This document shows positions 9,083 through 17,766 of a DNA stretch of 64,000 nt, piece after piece. Under the pieces are notes generated by a model. That model did not search any database. It saw only the letters and a program-made list of their open reading frames with translations, and had not been told where the DNA came from. Position numbers and translations under genes: made by a program. The stretch's first letter is position 1; each line of letters starts with the position of its first letter. This stretch comes from an uncultured Thermotogae bacterium. Its GTDB lineage: Bacteria > Bipolaricaulota > Bipolaricaulia > UBA7950 > UBA9294. The stretch lies in assembly GCA_964530075.1 (NCBI GenBank), contig CAZGXU010000001.1, positions 11,288 to 75,287 of the forward strand, in the 5' to 3' direction.

Positions 9083-10085
9083 GCTCTCTCCAGCCGGAAA
9101 TGCCTCGGGCGAGGCGATCGATCAGGCCGACTTCGACCTCGCGACAGGCGACCTCGACCGCGCTGCCGATGGCGACGGCGTCCGATCGACCGTGTGCGAT
9201 GACCACGACGCCGTTGACGCCGAGGAGCGGGGCCCCACCGTGCCTGCGATAGGAGAGCGATTTCTTGACCCGCGCGAAGGAACCGCTCATCAGGAGCGCC
9301 CCGATCATCGCGATCGCCCGGCCGCGGATCGTCCGCTTGAGCAGACTCGTAACCGCGGAGATGCCCCCTTCGACCGCCTTGAGGAAAACGTTCCCCACGA
9401 ATCCATCGCAGACGACGATGTCCACCGGCCGATCGATGAGGAGGTGATGGGCCTCGACGTTCCCGGCGAACGGGAGAGGGCCCGCTTCGAGTCGGGCGAA
9501 GGTGTCCGCGATCAATCGGTTTCCCTTTCCGCGCTCGGCCCCGATGTTGAGCAGGCCGGTCATCGGTTCGTCGATCCCCAGGACGTCCCGCGCGTACGAA
9601 GCGCCCATCCATCCGAAGTGAACGAGCTGCTCCGGCGTGCAATCGCTGTTCGCCCCGACATCGATGACCAGGATCTCCTTCCCGGTGAGCGTCGGAAGCG
9701 AGGCGAGGATCCCGGGGCGTGGAATCTCCGAGATGCGGTCCAAGATGAAGATCGACCCGGCGACGACGGCGCCCGTGTTGCCGGGCGAGACGAAGGCATC
9801 CACGTGGCCTTCTCTGAGGGCGTTCAGGCCGAGGACCAGCGAAGAGCCCTTCTTCTCACGGACGGCTTTGACCGGAGCGTCCTCCATGCGGATCGTCTCC
9901 GCGCAAGGCAGGATGTCGAACTGCCCCCCCGGCTTGACGCGGGAGTCGAAGAGCGCGCGTCCGATTTCTTGTGGATCCCCGGCGAAGACGACGTCGATCC
10001 GACGTTTTCGTCCGACGGAGACACCTCCTTTGACCAGCTCGCGGCTCGGCAGATCGCCGCCCATCACATCCAGCAGGATTCTCAT
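9072..10085 (-). CDS. plsX: phosphate acyltransferase PlsX
   Basis: Start MRILLDVMGGD; the upstream ATG would run into the tRNA. PlsX motifs are present. It overlaps fabH by 11 nt. Confidence 0.85.
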   Translation of the reverse strand: MRILLDVMGGDLPSRELVKGGVSVGRKRRIDVVFAGDPQEIGRALFDSRVKPGGQFDILPCAETIRMEDAPVKAVREKKGSSLVLGLNALREGHVDAFVSPGNTGAVVAGSIFILDRISEIPRPGILASLPTLTGKEILVIDVGANSDCTPEQLVHFGWMGASYARDVLGIDEPMTGLLNIGAERGKGNRLIADTFARLEAGPLPFAGNVEAHHLLIDRPVDIVVCDGFVGNVFLKAVEGGISAVTSLLKRTIRGRAIAMIGALLMSGSFARVKKSLSYRRHGGAPLLGVNGVVVIAHGRSDAVAIGSAVEVACREVEVGLIDRLARGISGWREHGH

Positions 10086-10109
10086 GCGGCCTACTTCCAC
10101 GGAAAGGAA

Positions 10110-10199
10110 TGGTGCCGAGGGCGGGACTTGAACCCGCACGGACGTTTGAAGTCCACATGGCCCTCAACCATGCGCGTCTGCCAATTCCGCCACCTCGGC
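10110..10199 (-). tRNA. tRNA-Leu (anticodon GAG), type II with long variable arm, CCA encoded
   Basis: I folded it by hand. Acceptor stem GCCGAGG/CCTCGGC. Anticodon stem CATGG/CCATG with loop TTGAGGG, giving anticodon GAG. T arm GCGGG-TTCAAGT-CCCGC. 17-nt variable arm. Discriminator A followed by CCA. Confidence 0.8.
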
Positions 10200-10309
10200 A
10201 ATACGCGCCATGGTAGCGGACCCGTGAAGAAGGGTCAACCGAAGCCTGATTGGGGTCGCTTCGGGACGCGACGGATTGGCGCCGAAACGGAGACTGGTAT
10301 GGGCGGAAT

Positions 10310-10338
10310 TTGCCTTCTGTAGCAAATCGCCCTATGAT
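10310..10338 (+). promoter_or_regulatory. candidate sigma70-type promoter (TTGCCT-17-TATGAT) for the downstream VWA gene
   Basis: It lies in a relatively AT-rich 190-bp intergenic region about 55 nt upstream of the ATG at 10391. Confidence 0.3.
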
Positions 10339-10390
10339 GAACTGTAATGCTTGAGTGAGATGCTACATCCCAAAGGGCGGAGGTGACGGG

Positions 10391-11824
10391 ATGAACGGCA
10401 GGGCATTCGTCGGTTGGGTGCTGTGCGGCTTCACGATTTTCGTCATTCTACTGGTCGCGGGCCTGGGGGCAATCTCTGAGCCCGCGACGTACTTCGGAGT
10501 CACGTTCCCACAGGGAGATCTCGCGTTCGCGGATCGAGTGGTCGACTACGTGGTCGCAAGCTGCGTCCGGGACGCGTACGATGATCCCGAGGAGGCGCTC
10601 GGTCCCCCCGATGCGTGCCCCTCGGGCTGTGAGGGATGCGAAGGCTGCGACACGAACGCCGTGGCGCTCGGCTTCCGTCTCAGTTCCCTCGACAGTCGCG
10701 GGTATCTGATCATCGAGTTCGTGGACAACGCCTTGGCGGACGTCGCCGGAGCGGACCTGTTCGTGTACATCACGAACAACAAGCCCTGCCGAGTGGAGAT
10801 CAGCTCCGACGGGTCCAATTACCTCTTCGTCGGGGAGACGGTCGGCTACCCCGGCGCGATCGACATCGGCCCGTACGTCGGCGAAGGGACCGAGTACCAT
10901 TTCGTCCGTCTGACGGACGTCCCGGCGGACGAGGACCACTCGGAGTGCCCGGGACCGAGCATCGACGCGATCGGAGCGATGGGACCCGCCGTTCAGATCG
11001 CCGAGGGAGAAGCGTTCGGAAGCCTCGAGCTTCAGCCGATCGGGGATCTGGCGTTCGCCTTCGACTACCAGCCAAGCTCTTTCATGATCGTTCTGGATAC
11101 GTCGTCGAGCATGGGGGATCGAATCGACGGCGATCTGAAGATCGAGATCGCCAAGAACGTCATTATCGACTTGCTGGACAACCTTCCGGAGGGCGCTTCT
11201 GTGGGCATTCGAACATTCGGGGGCTGTGGGCACAGCGTGCTGATCGCTCAGGTTGCCGCGCTGGAAAGGGAACCGTTGAAGGCGGAGGTGCGGGCTCTGC
11301 AGCCGGGAGGAGCGACTCCGATTGCGCTCGCGCTCGAGCTGGCCAAGACCGACCTCGAGGCGGTTCCCGAACCGAAGCTGCTTCTTCTCGTTAGCGATGG
11401 CATGGAGACGTGCGGTGGGGACCCGGTGTCTGCTGCGAAGGACCTTCTCCAATCGGGATACGATCTGCGAATCTACGTTGTCGGGTTTGATGTGGGCGAG
11501 AACGCGCCGGCCCGCGATCAGCTCATCGAGATCGCGCGGTCGACGGGAGGCCTCTACTACGACGCACGGAGCAGCGAAGAGCTACGTCGAGCCCTGAGCA
11601 TCATGGCGCCGTTCAGCTACACGGTCTACGACGACGAAGGGAACTCCGTCTTCGAAGGGCGCATCGGGCAGGACGGCCCGTCCCTCCCGGCAGGAGCCTA
11701 CAGCGTGGTCATCGACACCAGCCCGCCGATCACCCTCACGAGCGTCGTCATCCAAGACCAATCGACCACGTTGATCACGGTGGAGCAGGTGAACGGAGAA
11801 TTCCGCGCCGAGGTCGGGAACTAG
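10391..11824 (+). CDS. membrane-anchored VWA domain protein with a Cys-rich N-terminal domain of unknown function
   Basis: Signal-anchor MNGRAFVGWVLCGFTIFVILLVAGLGA. C-terminal VWA domain with MIDAS residues (MIVLDTSSSMGD, GGATPIALALE, LLLVSDGMETCGG). The N-terminal domain carries CPSGCEGCEGCD. Confidence 0.75.
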   Translation: MNGRAFVGWVLCGFTIFVILLVAGLGAISEPATYFGVTFPQGDLAFADRVVDYVVASCVRDAYDDPEEALGPPDACPSGCEGCEGCDTNAVALGFRLSSLDSRGYLIIEFVDNALADVAGADLFVYITNNKPCRVEISSDGSNYLFVGETVGYPGAIDIGPYVGEGTEYHFVRLTDVPADEDHSECPGPSIDAIGAMGPAVQIAEGEAFGSLELQPIGDLAFAFDYQPSSFMIVLDTSSSMGDRIDGDLKIEIAKNVIIDLLDNLPEGASVGIRTFGGCGHSVLIAQVAALEREPLKAEVRALQPGGATPIALALELAKTDLEAVPEPKLLLLVSDGMETCGGDPVSAAKDLLQSGYDLRIYVVGFDVGENAPARDQLIEIARSTGGLYYDARSSEELRRALSIMAPFSYTVYDDEGNSVFEGRIGQDGPSLPAGAYSVVIDTSPPITLTSVVIQDQSTTLITVEQVNGEFRAEVGN

Positions 11825-11855
11825 AGAAGCCCCGGAGCTTCGTACGCGGTCTGTC

Positions 11856-12581
11856 TCAGAGGAACGCCCCACCGTGGACGTCGAGGACGCTCCCGGTGAT
11901 GTAGGCGGCCTCGTCGGACGCGAGGAACGAGGCAGCGGCGGCGACGTCCTCGGGCCGTGCAATCCGTCCGAGCGGGATTTTCGATGCCGGATGGGGCGGT
12001 AGGTTCGCTCCGGTGTCGACGAACCCGGGGGAGATTGCGTTGACGCGAATCCCGAAGCGACCTTCGGTCTGCGCCAGCGTTTTCGTCAGAAGAGCGACTC
12101 CCGCCTTCGCGATGGCGTAGGGGAGTGTGTTGGGGACCGCGCGTTGTCTCTCCGCGTGCATCGAGGCGATGTTGATGATCAGGCCCCGTCGCCTGGTTCG
12201 CATCGACGGAAGGATCCCGCGACAGCAAAGGAATGTGCTCGTCAGGCTGCCCGCCAGGATGCTGTTCCATTCGTCCAGCGAGGTCTCGAGGAACGGCTTC
12301 AGCAAGAACGCACCGGCGTTGTTGACCAGGAGATCGATCGGGCCGTTCGACGATGCCTCCTCGATCATCCGGTTCACGTCGCGCTCCCGCGTGACGTCCG
12401 CCCGGATCAGTTCCGCCTCGGGGCAGAGGTGCCGCACGGAGCCGAGGGCGGCGCTCGCCTGATCGGCGTCGTGCGCGTGATTGAGGATCGGTGTGTAGCC
12501 GTCCCGCGCGAGCCGTTCTGCGATGGCGAGGCCGATGTTTCGCGTGCTGCCGGTGATGAGGGCGCGCGGAGAGGTCGCCAT
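11856..12581 (-). CDS. SDR family NAD(P)-dependent oxidoreductase
   Basis: N-terminal TGSTRNIGLAIA Rossmann motif, NNAG, and YAIAKAG (YxxxK). Confidence 0.85.
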   Translation of the reverse strand: MATSPRALITGSTRNIGLAIAERLARDGYTPILNHAHDADQASAALGSVRHLCPEAELIRADVTRERDVNRMIEEASSNGPIDLLVNNAGAFLLKPFLETSLDEWNSILAGSLTSTFLCCRGILPSMRTRRRGLIINIASMHAERQRAVPNTLPYAIAKAGVALLTKTLAQTEGRFGIRVNAISPGFVDTGANLPPHPASKIPLGRIARPEDVAAAASFLASDEAAYITGSVLDVHGGAFL

Positions 12582-12582
12582 G

Positions 12583-12867
12583 CTACGGCCTGGGAGAACC
12601 CTGGATTTGCTCGATGACGACCGACAGATCGGCCTGGACGTGATGGAGACTCTCTCGAAGCCTCGTCGGATCGACGTGCGCGAGCGGCACGAGGGGATCG
12701 TCGGTGAGCCGGTCCAGGTAGGTGTCGATGTCGTCGATCACGGTCGACAGGCAGGATAGACCCGTTCCCCTGTCCTCCCCTTCGAAGTACTCGATGCTCT
12801 GCTGAAGCTGTCCGATCGCTTTTCCGATGAGAGTCAGAAGGTCGACCGTGTTGCTCGATTCGTTCAC
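12583..12867 (-). CDS. hypothetical acidic 94-aa protein, co-transcribed between the sigma factor and SDR genes
   Basis: The ORF fills the gap exactly: its stop is 2 nt from the SDR start. Composition is non-junk. Confidence 0.4.
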   Translation of the reverse strand: MNESSNTVDLLTLIGKAIGQLQQSIEYFEGEDRGTGLSCLSTVIDDIDTYLDRLTDDPLVPLAHVDPTRLRESLHHVQADLSVVIEQIQGSPRP

Positions 12868-12913
12868 TCCGATCTCCCTCTTCCGACTCGATTATGCCTC
12901 ATGGCGGCGCGTC

Positions 12914-13711
12914 CTAGTTCTCCGAGCCGCGGTTGATGCTCCCTTTCATCTCGTCGAGGATCCTGTCCTTCAGCCTGGAAACCTGCCGCTGGGATATCCC
13001 GAGTTCCTTCCCGACCTCCGACTGGCTCTTCCCTTCGTAGAAGAGCCCCTCGACCACCTGCTGCTGGATTTCGGTCAGCTGCTCGATCGCGACGAGGACC
13101 CGCATGCGCACGTCGAACGGAAGGTCGTCCGATTCCGTTATCAGGTGCTCCGCCGTCGGCGGAGCGGGGTTCGGGTCGCTGCTCCGCTGCTGCTGGTCGA
13201 TCGAGACGTAGGTCATGGTCTCGCGCCCCCGAAGAAGGGCGGTCAGTTGCTCCTCGCTGAGATCGAGCTGCGACGCCAACTCGCAGAGGGTCGGCGGGCG
13301 CCCCTCTCGCTGGAAGAACGCCTCCTCCGCCTCCTTGACGCGGCGATTCATCGTCTGAACCCACTGAGGAATCCTGATGGTCGAGTGCTTGTCGCGGATG
13401 TAGTGACGAATCTCACCCTGGATCAGATAGCTCGCGTAGGTGCTGAACCGCGTATTGCGCGCCAGATCGAAGTTCGCTACGGCGTTCAGGAGGCCGATGT
13501 AGCCTGCCTGGATCAGATCGTCGAGCGGCTCCCCGGAGCTGAGGAACTTGACGGCGACCGATTTGACCAACCCGACGTTCCGCCGGACGATCTCCTCTCG
13601 CACGTCCGCCGAGTCGGAGCCGGTCTCCTCTCCTTTCTTCGCACGGTGGAGGAGCCGGATCAGCTCCTCGTTCGTCAGTGCGGCCAGGGGTGTCCCTCCT
13701 GCTTCGTGCAT
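12914..13711 (-). CDS. RNA polymerase sigma factor, sigma-70 group 3 (SigB/SigF/FliA-like), full length with region 4
   Basis: Region 2 reads DLIQAGYIGLLNAVANFD. Region 3 is present. Region 4.2 HTH reads SQSEVGKELGISQRQVSRLKDRIL. Confidence 0.85.
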   Translation of the reverse strand: MHEAGGTPLAALTNEELIRLLHRAKKGEETGSDSADVREEIVRRNVGLVKSVAVKFLSSGEPLDDLIQAGYIGLLNAVANFDLARNTRFSTYASYLIQGEIRHYIRDKHSTIRIPQWVQTMNRRVKEAEEAFFQREGRPPTLCELASQLDLSEEQLTALLRGRETMTYVSIDQQQRSSDPNPAPPTAEHLITESDDLPFDVRMRVLVAIEQLTEIQQQVVEGLFYEGKSQSEVGKELGISQRQVSRLKDRILDEMKGSINRGSEN

Positions 13712-13804
13712 CTCGGTTCGTCACTCCAGCCTGCGGATGATTCGGTCCCCGGTCCGAGTTTCCGCGCTGTGGATCCGAAATCGGATGATCTACGACCGTG
13801 AATT

Positions 13805-14275
13805 CTAGGACGTCTGCCACCACAACAGGAGGGCAAACAGGGCGGCAAGAAGGGTCAACCGAAGGAGGTCGGAACGGAAAGCGAGGGACGGGGCGCGGGC
13901 GAGTGGGGACGGACATCCGCGGACGGTGCACGCTCCGATCGCGTTTCGAAGCTCGAATTCCTGAGCACGGCCGGCCCCGAGGACGACCTCGTCTCCGACG
14001 AAGACGACCGGCACGCTCGACGTCTCCACGTCGTAAGCCTTCGCCAGCTCCATCAGGAGGTCGAGCGCTTTCGGATCGGAGATGTCGTACCGGGCGATCG
14101 CCGACGCCGGCAACTCGGACGTGAGGCCCTCGAGGAGCTCTTCGATCTGCGCGCAGTCGGGACAGCCGTCCTCGTAGAAGAGGACGATCCACGGGTTCGC
14201 CTCGGCCGCGGCCAGCGGGTGCGTGAAGGCGAGAAGCAAGGTGACGAACAGGAGGGAGACGGCGATCCGACGCAT
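13805..14275 (-). CDS. secreted thioredoxin/glutaredoxin-like protein (CPDC) with C-terminal TM anchor
   Basis: Internal ATG start 3 nt after the dsbD-like stop. Signal peptide, then WIVLFYEDGCPDCAQ. Paralogous to the N-terminal domain of the upstream DsbD-like protein. Confidence 0.7.
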   Translation of the reverse strand: MRRIAVSLLFVTLLLAFTHPLAAAEANPWIVLFYEDGCPDCAQIEELLEGLTSELPASAIARYDISDPKALDLLMELAKAYDVETSSVPVVFVGDEVVLGAGRAQEFELRNAIGACTVRGCPSPLARAPSLAFRSDLLRLTLLAALFALLLWWQTS

Positions 14276-14277
14276 GT

Positions 14278-15417
14278 TCACATCCACCCCACGAAGACGG
14301 CGACGAGCATTCCCGCGCCGAGCAGGAACATGATCATCCCGGAGACCAAGTGAAGCTTGCCGAGACGGGCGGAACGCCAGCGCTCCGCTCGCGCGGTCGT
14401 CGTGAACCCGAGGCGAACCGCGAGGGTGATCGCCACCAGGGGAAGGACGAAAATCACGTTGTAGAACAGAAGGTAGAGGATCCCTTCGGCCCGGGTCGTC
14501 GTCTTGCTCAACAGGGCGAGAATGGCGATGTACGGTCCGGATGAGCAGGGAAGCAGGAAGAGCGAGTCGAGGACGCCGACGCAGAACGCACCGGGGACGC
14601 TGACCACGGACGCCGTCAGACGCTTCACGATCGGGCGCCAGCGCTGGGGGACCTCGATGGTGAACCACTTCCCGTAGGCGAAGTAGTCCTTCGTGTTCCA
14701 AAGGCCGAGAAGAATCGCGAGAGAGGAGACCGCCATGATAAACGGGCGCTGGATCCCGGCGGCCTGAATGGCGGAGAAGATCCCGATTCCCATCAGGAAG
14801 TACGAGATGAAGACGGCGATCGTGAACGCGAAACCGGCCTTCAGAACCAGCGCCCTGCGTCCCCTGCGCTCCGCTACGAGGAGCGTCCCGAGGAGGAGGA
14901 CGAGGACCGCAAACGTGCACGGATTCACCGAATCGGCCGCCGCGGCGAGGATGACCGCCGGGATTGTCAGGTTCTCCGCGAGGCTGCTTCCGGCACTTTC
15001 GGCGATTCGTGAGAGCGGGGAAGGAGCCTGCATGTCGATCGCCACGCGGATCGCCCGTTCGAGAGCGATCTCCTCGGTCCGCCCCGACGGGGTGAAGGGC
15101 TCCTCCTCCAGGCCGTAGAAGACCCCGCCGACGAAGGCGACGTCCCCGACGAAGAGGATCGGGACGGACCCCTCATCGACGTTGTACGCCGCGAGGAGCT
15201 TCGGGAGCAGATCGAGAGACTCGGGCTCGTGGATCTCGTAGCGGAGGATCTCCAGCTCCGGGTAGTCGGGATGGATCGACTCGAGGAAGGCTTCGGTGCG
15301 GGCGCAGTGCGAGCAGCCGGTCTCGTGGAAGAGGACGAGCGTCGTCGGATCCGCCGACGCCGCAAACGCGGACAACAGAACCGCGCCGAGGCACACGAGG
15401 CCAGGCTTCACGCTCAA
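14278..15417 (-). CDS. thiol:disulfide interchange protein: N-terminal thioredoxin-like domain (CSHC) fused to a CcdA/DsbD-type polytopic membrane domain
   Basis: Signal peptide, then LVLFHETGCSHCAR. The C-terminal half has about 6 TM helices, with Cys in SVNPCTF and LLPCSSGP, as in the CcdA/DsbD beta domain. Confidence 0.8.
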   Translation of the reverse strand: MSVKPGLVCLGAVLLSAFAASADPTTLVLFHETGCSHCARTEAFLESIHPDYPELEILRYEIHEPESLDLLPKLLAAYNVDEGSVPILFVGDVAFVGGVFYGLEEEPFTPSGRTEEIALERAIRVAIDMQAPSPLSRIAESAGSSLAENLTIPAVILAAAADSVNPCTFAVLVLLLGTLLVAERRGRRALVLKAGFAFTIAVFISYFLMGIGIFSAIQAAGIQRPFIMAVSSLAILLGLWNTKDYFAYGKWFTIEVPQRWRPIVKRLTASVVSVPGAFCVGVLDSLFLLPCSSGPYIAILALLSKTTTRAEGILYLLFYNVIFVLPLVAITLAVRLGFTTTARAERWRSARLGKLHLVSGMIMFLLGAGMLVAVFVGWM

Positions 15418-15454
15418 CCGAGGCTCCCTGCGGCAGCCGGGTGCAGCACAGAAC

Positions 15455-16537
15455 CTACTCCGGACTCGCCGCGACGAACCGCTCGCCGAACTGGCGGATC
15501 CACTCGTCGAGGCCGCCGAGGAGGCTCCGCGCCTGATCGAAGCCTGCGTCGAGCATCGTCTGGGCCTCGGCGTCGCTCTGCTCGTTGGCGTCGTCGTAGA
15601 GGATGATCAGGGCGTCCTTCGGCAGGTCGCCGAGCCGGCCGGAGATCTCGGTGTACGGGATGTTGATCGCGCCGAGCAGGTGGGACTCGTCGTAGGCCGC
15701 CGGATCGCGGAGGTCGATCAGCAGGTAGGTGAGGTACCGGAGGTCCGCGACGTCTGTGCACAGAGGATCTTCCTCCGGACAGGCGAGCTGGGTCCCCCCC
15801 TCTCGGGTGGGCGCCTCGAACGCGTCGGCCGCCGTTTGGAGCAGGTACGTGCCGTACCGGCGCGCCCACTCGTCGAGCCCGCCGAGGGCGTAGTAGACGG
15901 TCTTGTAGCCTCGCGCAGCGAGGTCCGCCGCCGCCCGCTCGCTCGCCTCGCCGGCCTGATCGCAGAGGATGATCAGAGCGTCCGTCGGGAGGCGGTTGAG
16001 CCACTCGTTCAACGTCGCGGCGGGGATGTTGACCGCGCCGATTAGGTGCGCTTCCTCGTAGGCGGCGGGGTCGCGGAGGTCGACGAGGAGGTAGAACAGG
16101 TAGTTCATGTCGGTGACGGAGATCTGATACGGTTGCGCCCGGATCACCTCGCCGGTGACGCGGAGCGTGAACTTCGGTCGGTCCGATCCGGACGAGTCGG
16201 CGTAGTCGGGATCGTTGGTGTAGACGTAGATCAACTTGCTGATCCTCCCCACAAAGCCCGTCGTGTCGATCCGGACCTCGAGCTCGACCGATTCCCCGGG
16301 GGCGAGCCGATCGGTCGCCAGGGCGGTCGTCGTGCACCCGCACGAGGCGACGACCTTCATGATCTCCAGCGGGCTGTCCCCGATGTTCTCGATCGTGAAC
16401 ACGTGCGTGACCGCGTACCCCTCCAGGATCGAGCCGAAGTCGTAGGTCGGCTCCTCGACGTAGACCTTCGGCGCCGCGTGGGCCGTGGCGGCGATCGCGA
16501 GACACGAAACGATGACTGCAAGTAGCACCTTCTTCAT
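15455..16537 (-). CDS. exported DUF1573 domain protein with two rhodanese-like domains
   Basis: Internal ATG (MKKVLLAVIVSCLAIAATAHA) with GGAGG RBS; the 265-codon upstream extension is R/G-rich junk. DUF1573 hallmark ASCGCTT. Two rhodanese folds: the first keeps a Cys (CDQAGEAS loop), the second has Tyr-Asp in its place. Confidence 0.8.
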   Translation of the reverse strand: MKKVLLAVIVSCLAIAATAHAAPKVYVEEPTYDFGSILEGYAVTHVFTIENIGDSPLEIMKVVASCGCTTTALATDRLAPGESVELEVRIDTTGFVGRISKLIYVYTNDPDYADSSGSDRPKFTLRVTGEVIRAQPYQISVTDMNYLFYLLVDLRDPAAYEEAHLIGAVNIPAATLNEWLNRLPTDALIILCDQAGEASERAAADLAARGYKTVYYALGGLDEWARRYGTYLLQTAADAFEAPTREGGTQLACPEEDPLCTDVADLRYLTYLLIDLRDPAAYDESHLLGAINIPYTEISGRLGDLPKDALIILYDDANEQSDAEAQTMLDAGFDQARSLLGGLDEWIRQFGERFVAASPE

Positions 16538-16682
16538 CGGCGTTCCTCCCTGGGATGGACTCCGGTGTATTGTACCAACAACTCCGCTTTGGTTCCCACG
16601 GGATCGTCGATCGTCGTCGGACCATGTACCCGTCGGGGCGCGGCCGGTTCCACGCCGCCGATTCGACCGCCGCGCAGTCGTT

Positions 16683-16711
16683 TTGCACGTAAAGAAGGCG
16701 GCTCGTATTAT
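16683..16711 (+). promoter_or_regulatory. candidate sigma70-type promoter TTGCAC-17-TATTAT for hypB
   Basis: It lies in the 195-bp divergent intergenic region, about 20 nt upstream of the GGGGTGAAG RBS and the ATG at 16733. Confidence 0.35.
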
Positions 16712-16732
16712 CCCGCCCGAAGGGGTGAAGAC

Positions 16733-17407
16733 ATGCACGATGTCCGGATGAGCGGAGAAGACGTCCTCAAGCGGCAACTCGAGCTGGCCGACGCGAACTA
16801 CCATCGGTTGAAGGCGAGGGGCGTTCGGGCAATCAGCGTCCTCGGCGCGATCGGCAGCGGGAAGACGACGCTGATCGAGCGGTTGATCGACCGGCTCTCG
16901 GCCTGCGGGCGGACGGTCGGGACGATCGCCGCCGACTCCGCCGGGGACGACGACCATCGACGGTTCGTGGCGCGCGGTGCGCGATCGGTCAATCTCAACA
17001 CCCAGGACGATTGCCATCTCGACGCACACATGGTCGATCACGCGATGGATCGCCTCCCGCTGGACGAGCTGGACTATCTGTTCGTCGAAAACGTCGGGAA
17101 CCTCATCTGCCCGGCCGACTTTCCGCTCGGCGTCGACCGGGAGATCGTCGTCATCTCGGTGACCGAGGGGGACGACATGGTGCGCAAACACCCGAAGATC
17201 TTTGCGCAGACCGACGTGATGGTCGTCAACAAGGTCGACCTCGCCGATGCGGTCGGGGTCGATCCGCAGCGGATTGTCTCCGACTACAGGGAGGTCAACC
17301 CGCACGGGGCCGTCGCGTTGACCGACGCGCGACACGAGCGCGGGATCGAAGACGTGATCAGGGCGCTGGGAATCGAATGCACGAGTACTCCGTCGTCACC
17401 GAGCTAA
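16733..17407 (+). CDS. hypB: hydrogenase nickel-incorporation GTPase HypB
   Basis: P-loop GAIGSGKTTL. G-domain motifs ENVGNLICP and NKVDL. There is no N-terminal His/Cys-rich metal-binding stretch. Confidence 0.85.
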   Translation: MHDVRMSGEDVLKRQLELADANYHRLKARGVRAISVLGAIGSGKTTLIERLIDRLSACGRTVGTIAADSAGDDDHRRFVARGARSVNLNTQDDCHLDAHMVDHAMDRLPLDELDYLFVENVGNLICPADFPLGVDREIVVISVTEGDDMVRKHPKIFAQTDVMVVNKVDLADAVGVDPQRIVSDYREVNPHGAVALTDARHERGIEDVIRALGIECTSTPSSPS

Positions 17408-17766
17408 TCTCGGCCCTGCTGCCGAAGCTGGAGGATCACGACGGGCGGGTGAGCGCCGTCATTCTCGTGAAGGGGGAGCTGCGGATCCTCTCCGACGAGG
17501 CGCTACGAAACGCGTTCGAGCTCCTGTCCCGGGAGACGCGCCTGGAGGGATCGGAGCTGGTGATCGAGCCGGTCGAGGTGCGGGTGCGCTGCAGATCGTG
17601 CGGCTACGCCGGGCTGGCGGAGCACGTGCGCGAGGAGGCGTTCCATTTCGCGATCCCGATTCTCAGTTGCCCGGCCTGCGGCGCCGAGGTCGACGTCGAG
17701 GCGGGGCGCGAGCTGTATGTCGATCGGGTGACGATACAGACGGAGGCGGCGGCGGAAGCCTCATGA
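17377..17766 (+). CDS. hypA: hydrogenase maturation nickel metallochaperone HypA
   Basis: N-terminus MHEYSVVTELI. Zinc motif CRSCG...CPACG. About 129 aa. Confidence 0.85.
   Translation: MHEYSVVTELISALLPKLEDHDGRVSAVILVKGELRILSDEALRNAFELLSRETRLEGSELVIEPVEVRVRCRSCGYAGLAEHVREEAFHFAIPILSCPACGAEVDVEAGRELYVDRVTIQTEAAAEAS

Noticed and set aside
10110-10199. tRNA-Leu as a possible genomic-island integration site
   Set aside because: No integrase, direct-repeat copy of the tRNA 3' end, or compositional shift on either side. The neighbours are housekeeping fab genes and a VWA protein with normal GC.
15455-17335. Long N-terminal extensions of ORFs (15455..17335, 20973..23438, 36432..38180, 57629..59848, 53710..55152, 16565..17407, 1005..3389)
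   Set aside because: The upstream parts are junk-like and overlap neighbouring genes. Internal ATG or GTG starts carry good RBSs, signal peptides, or start-stop overlaps with the upstream gene.
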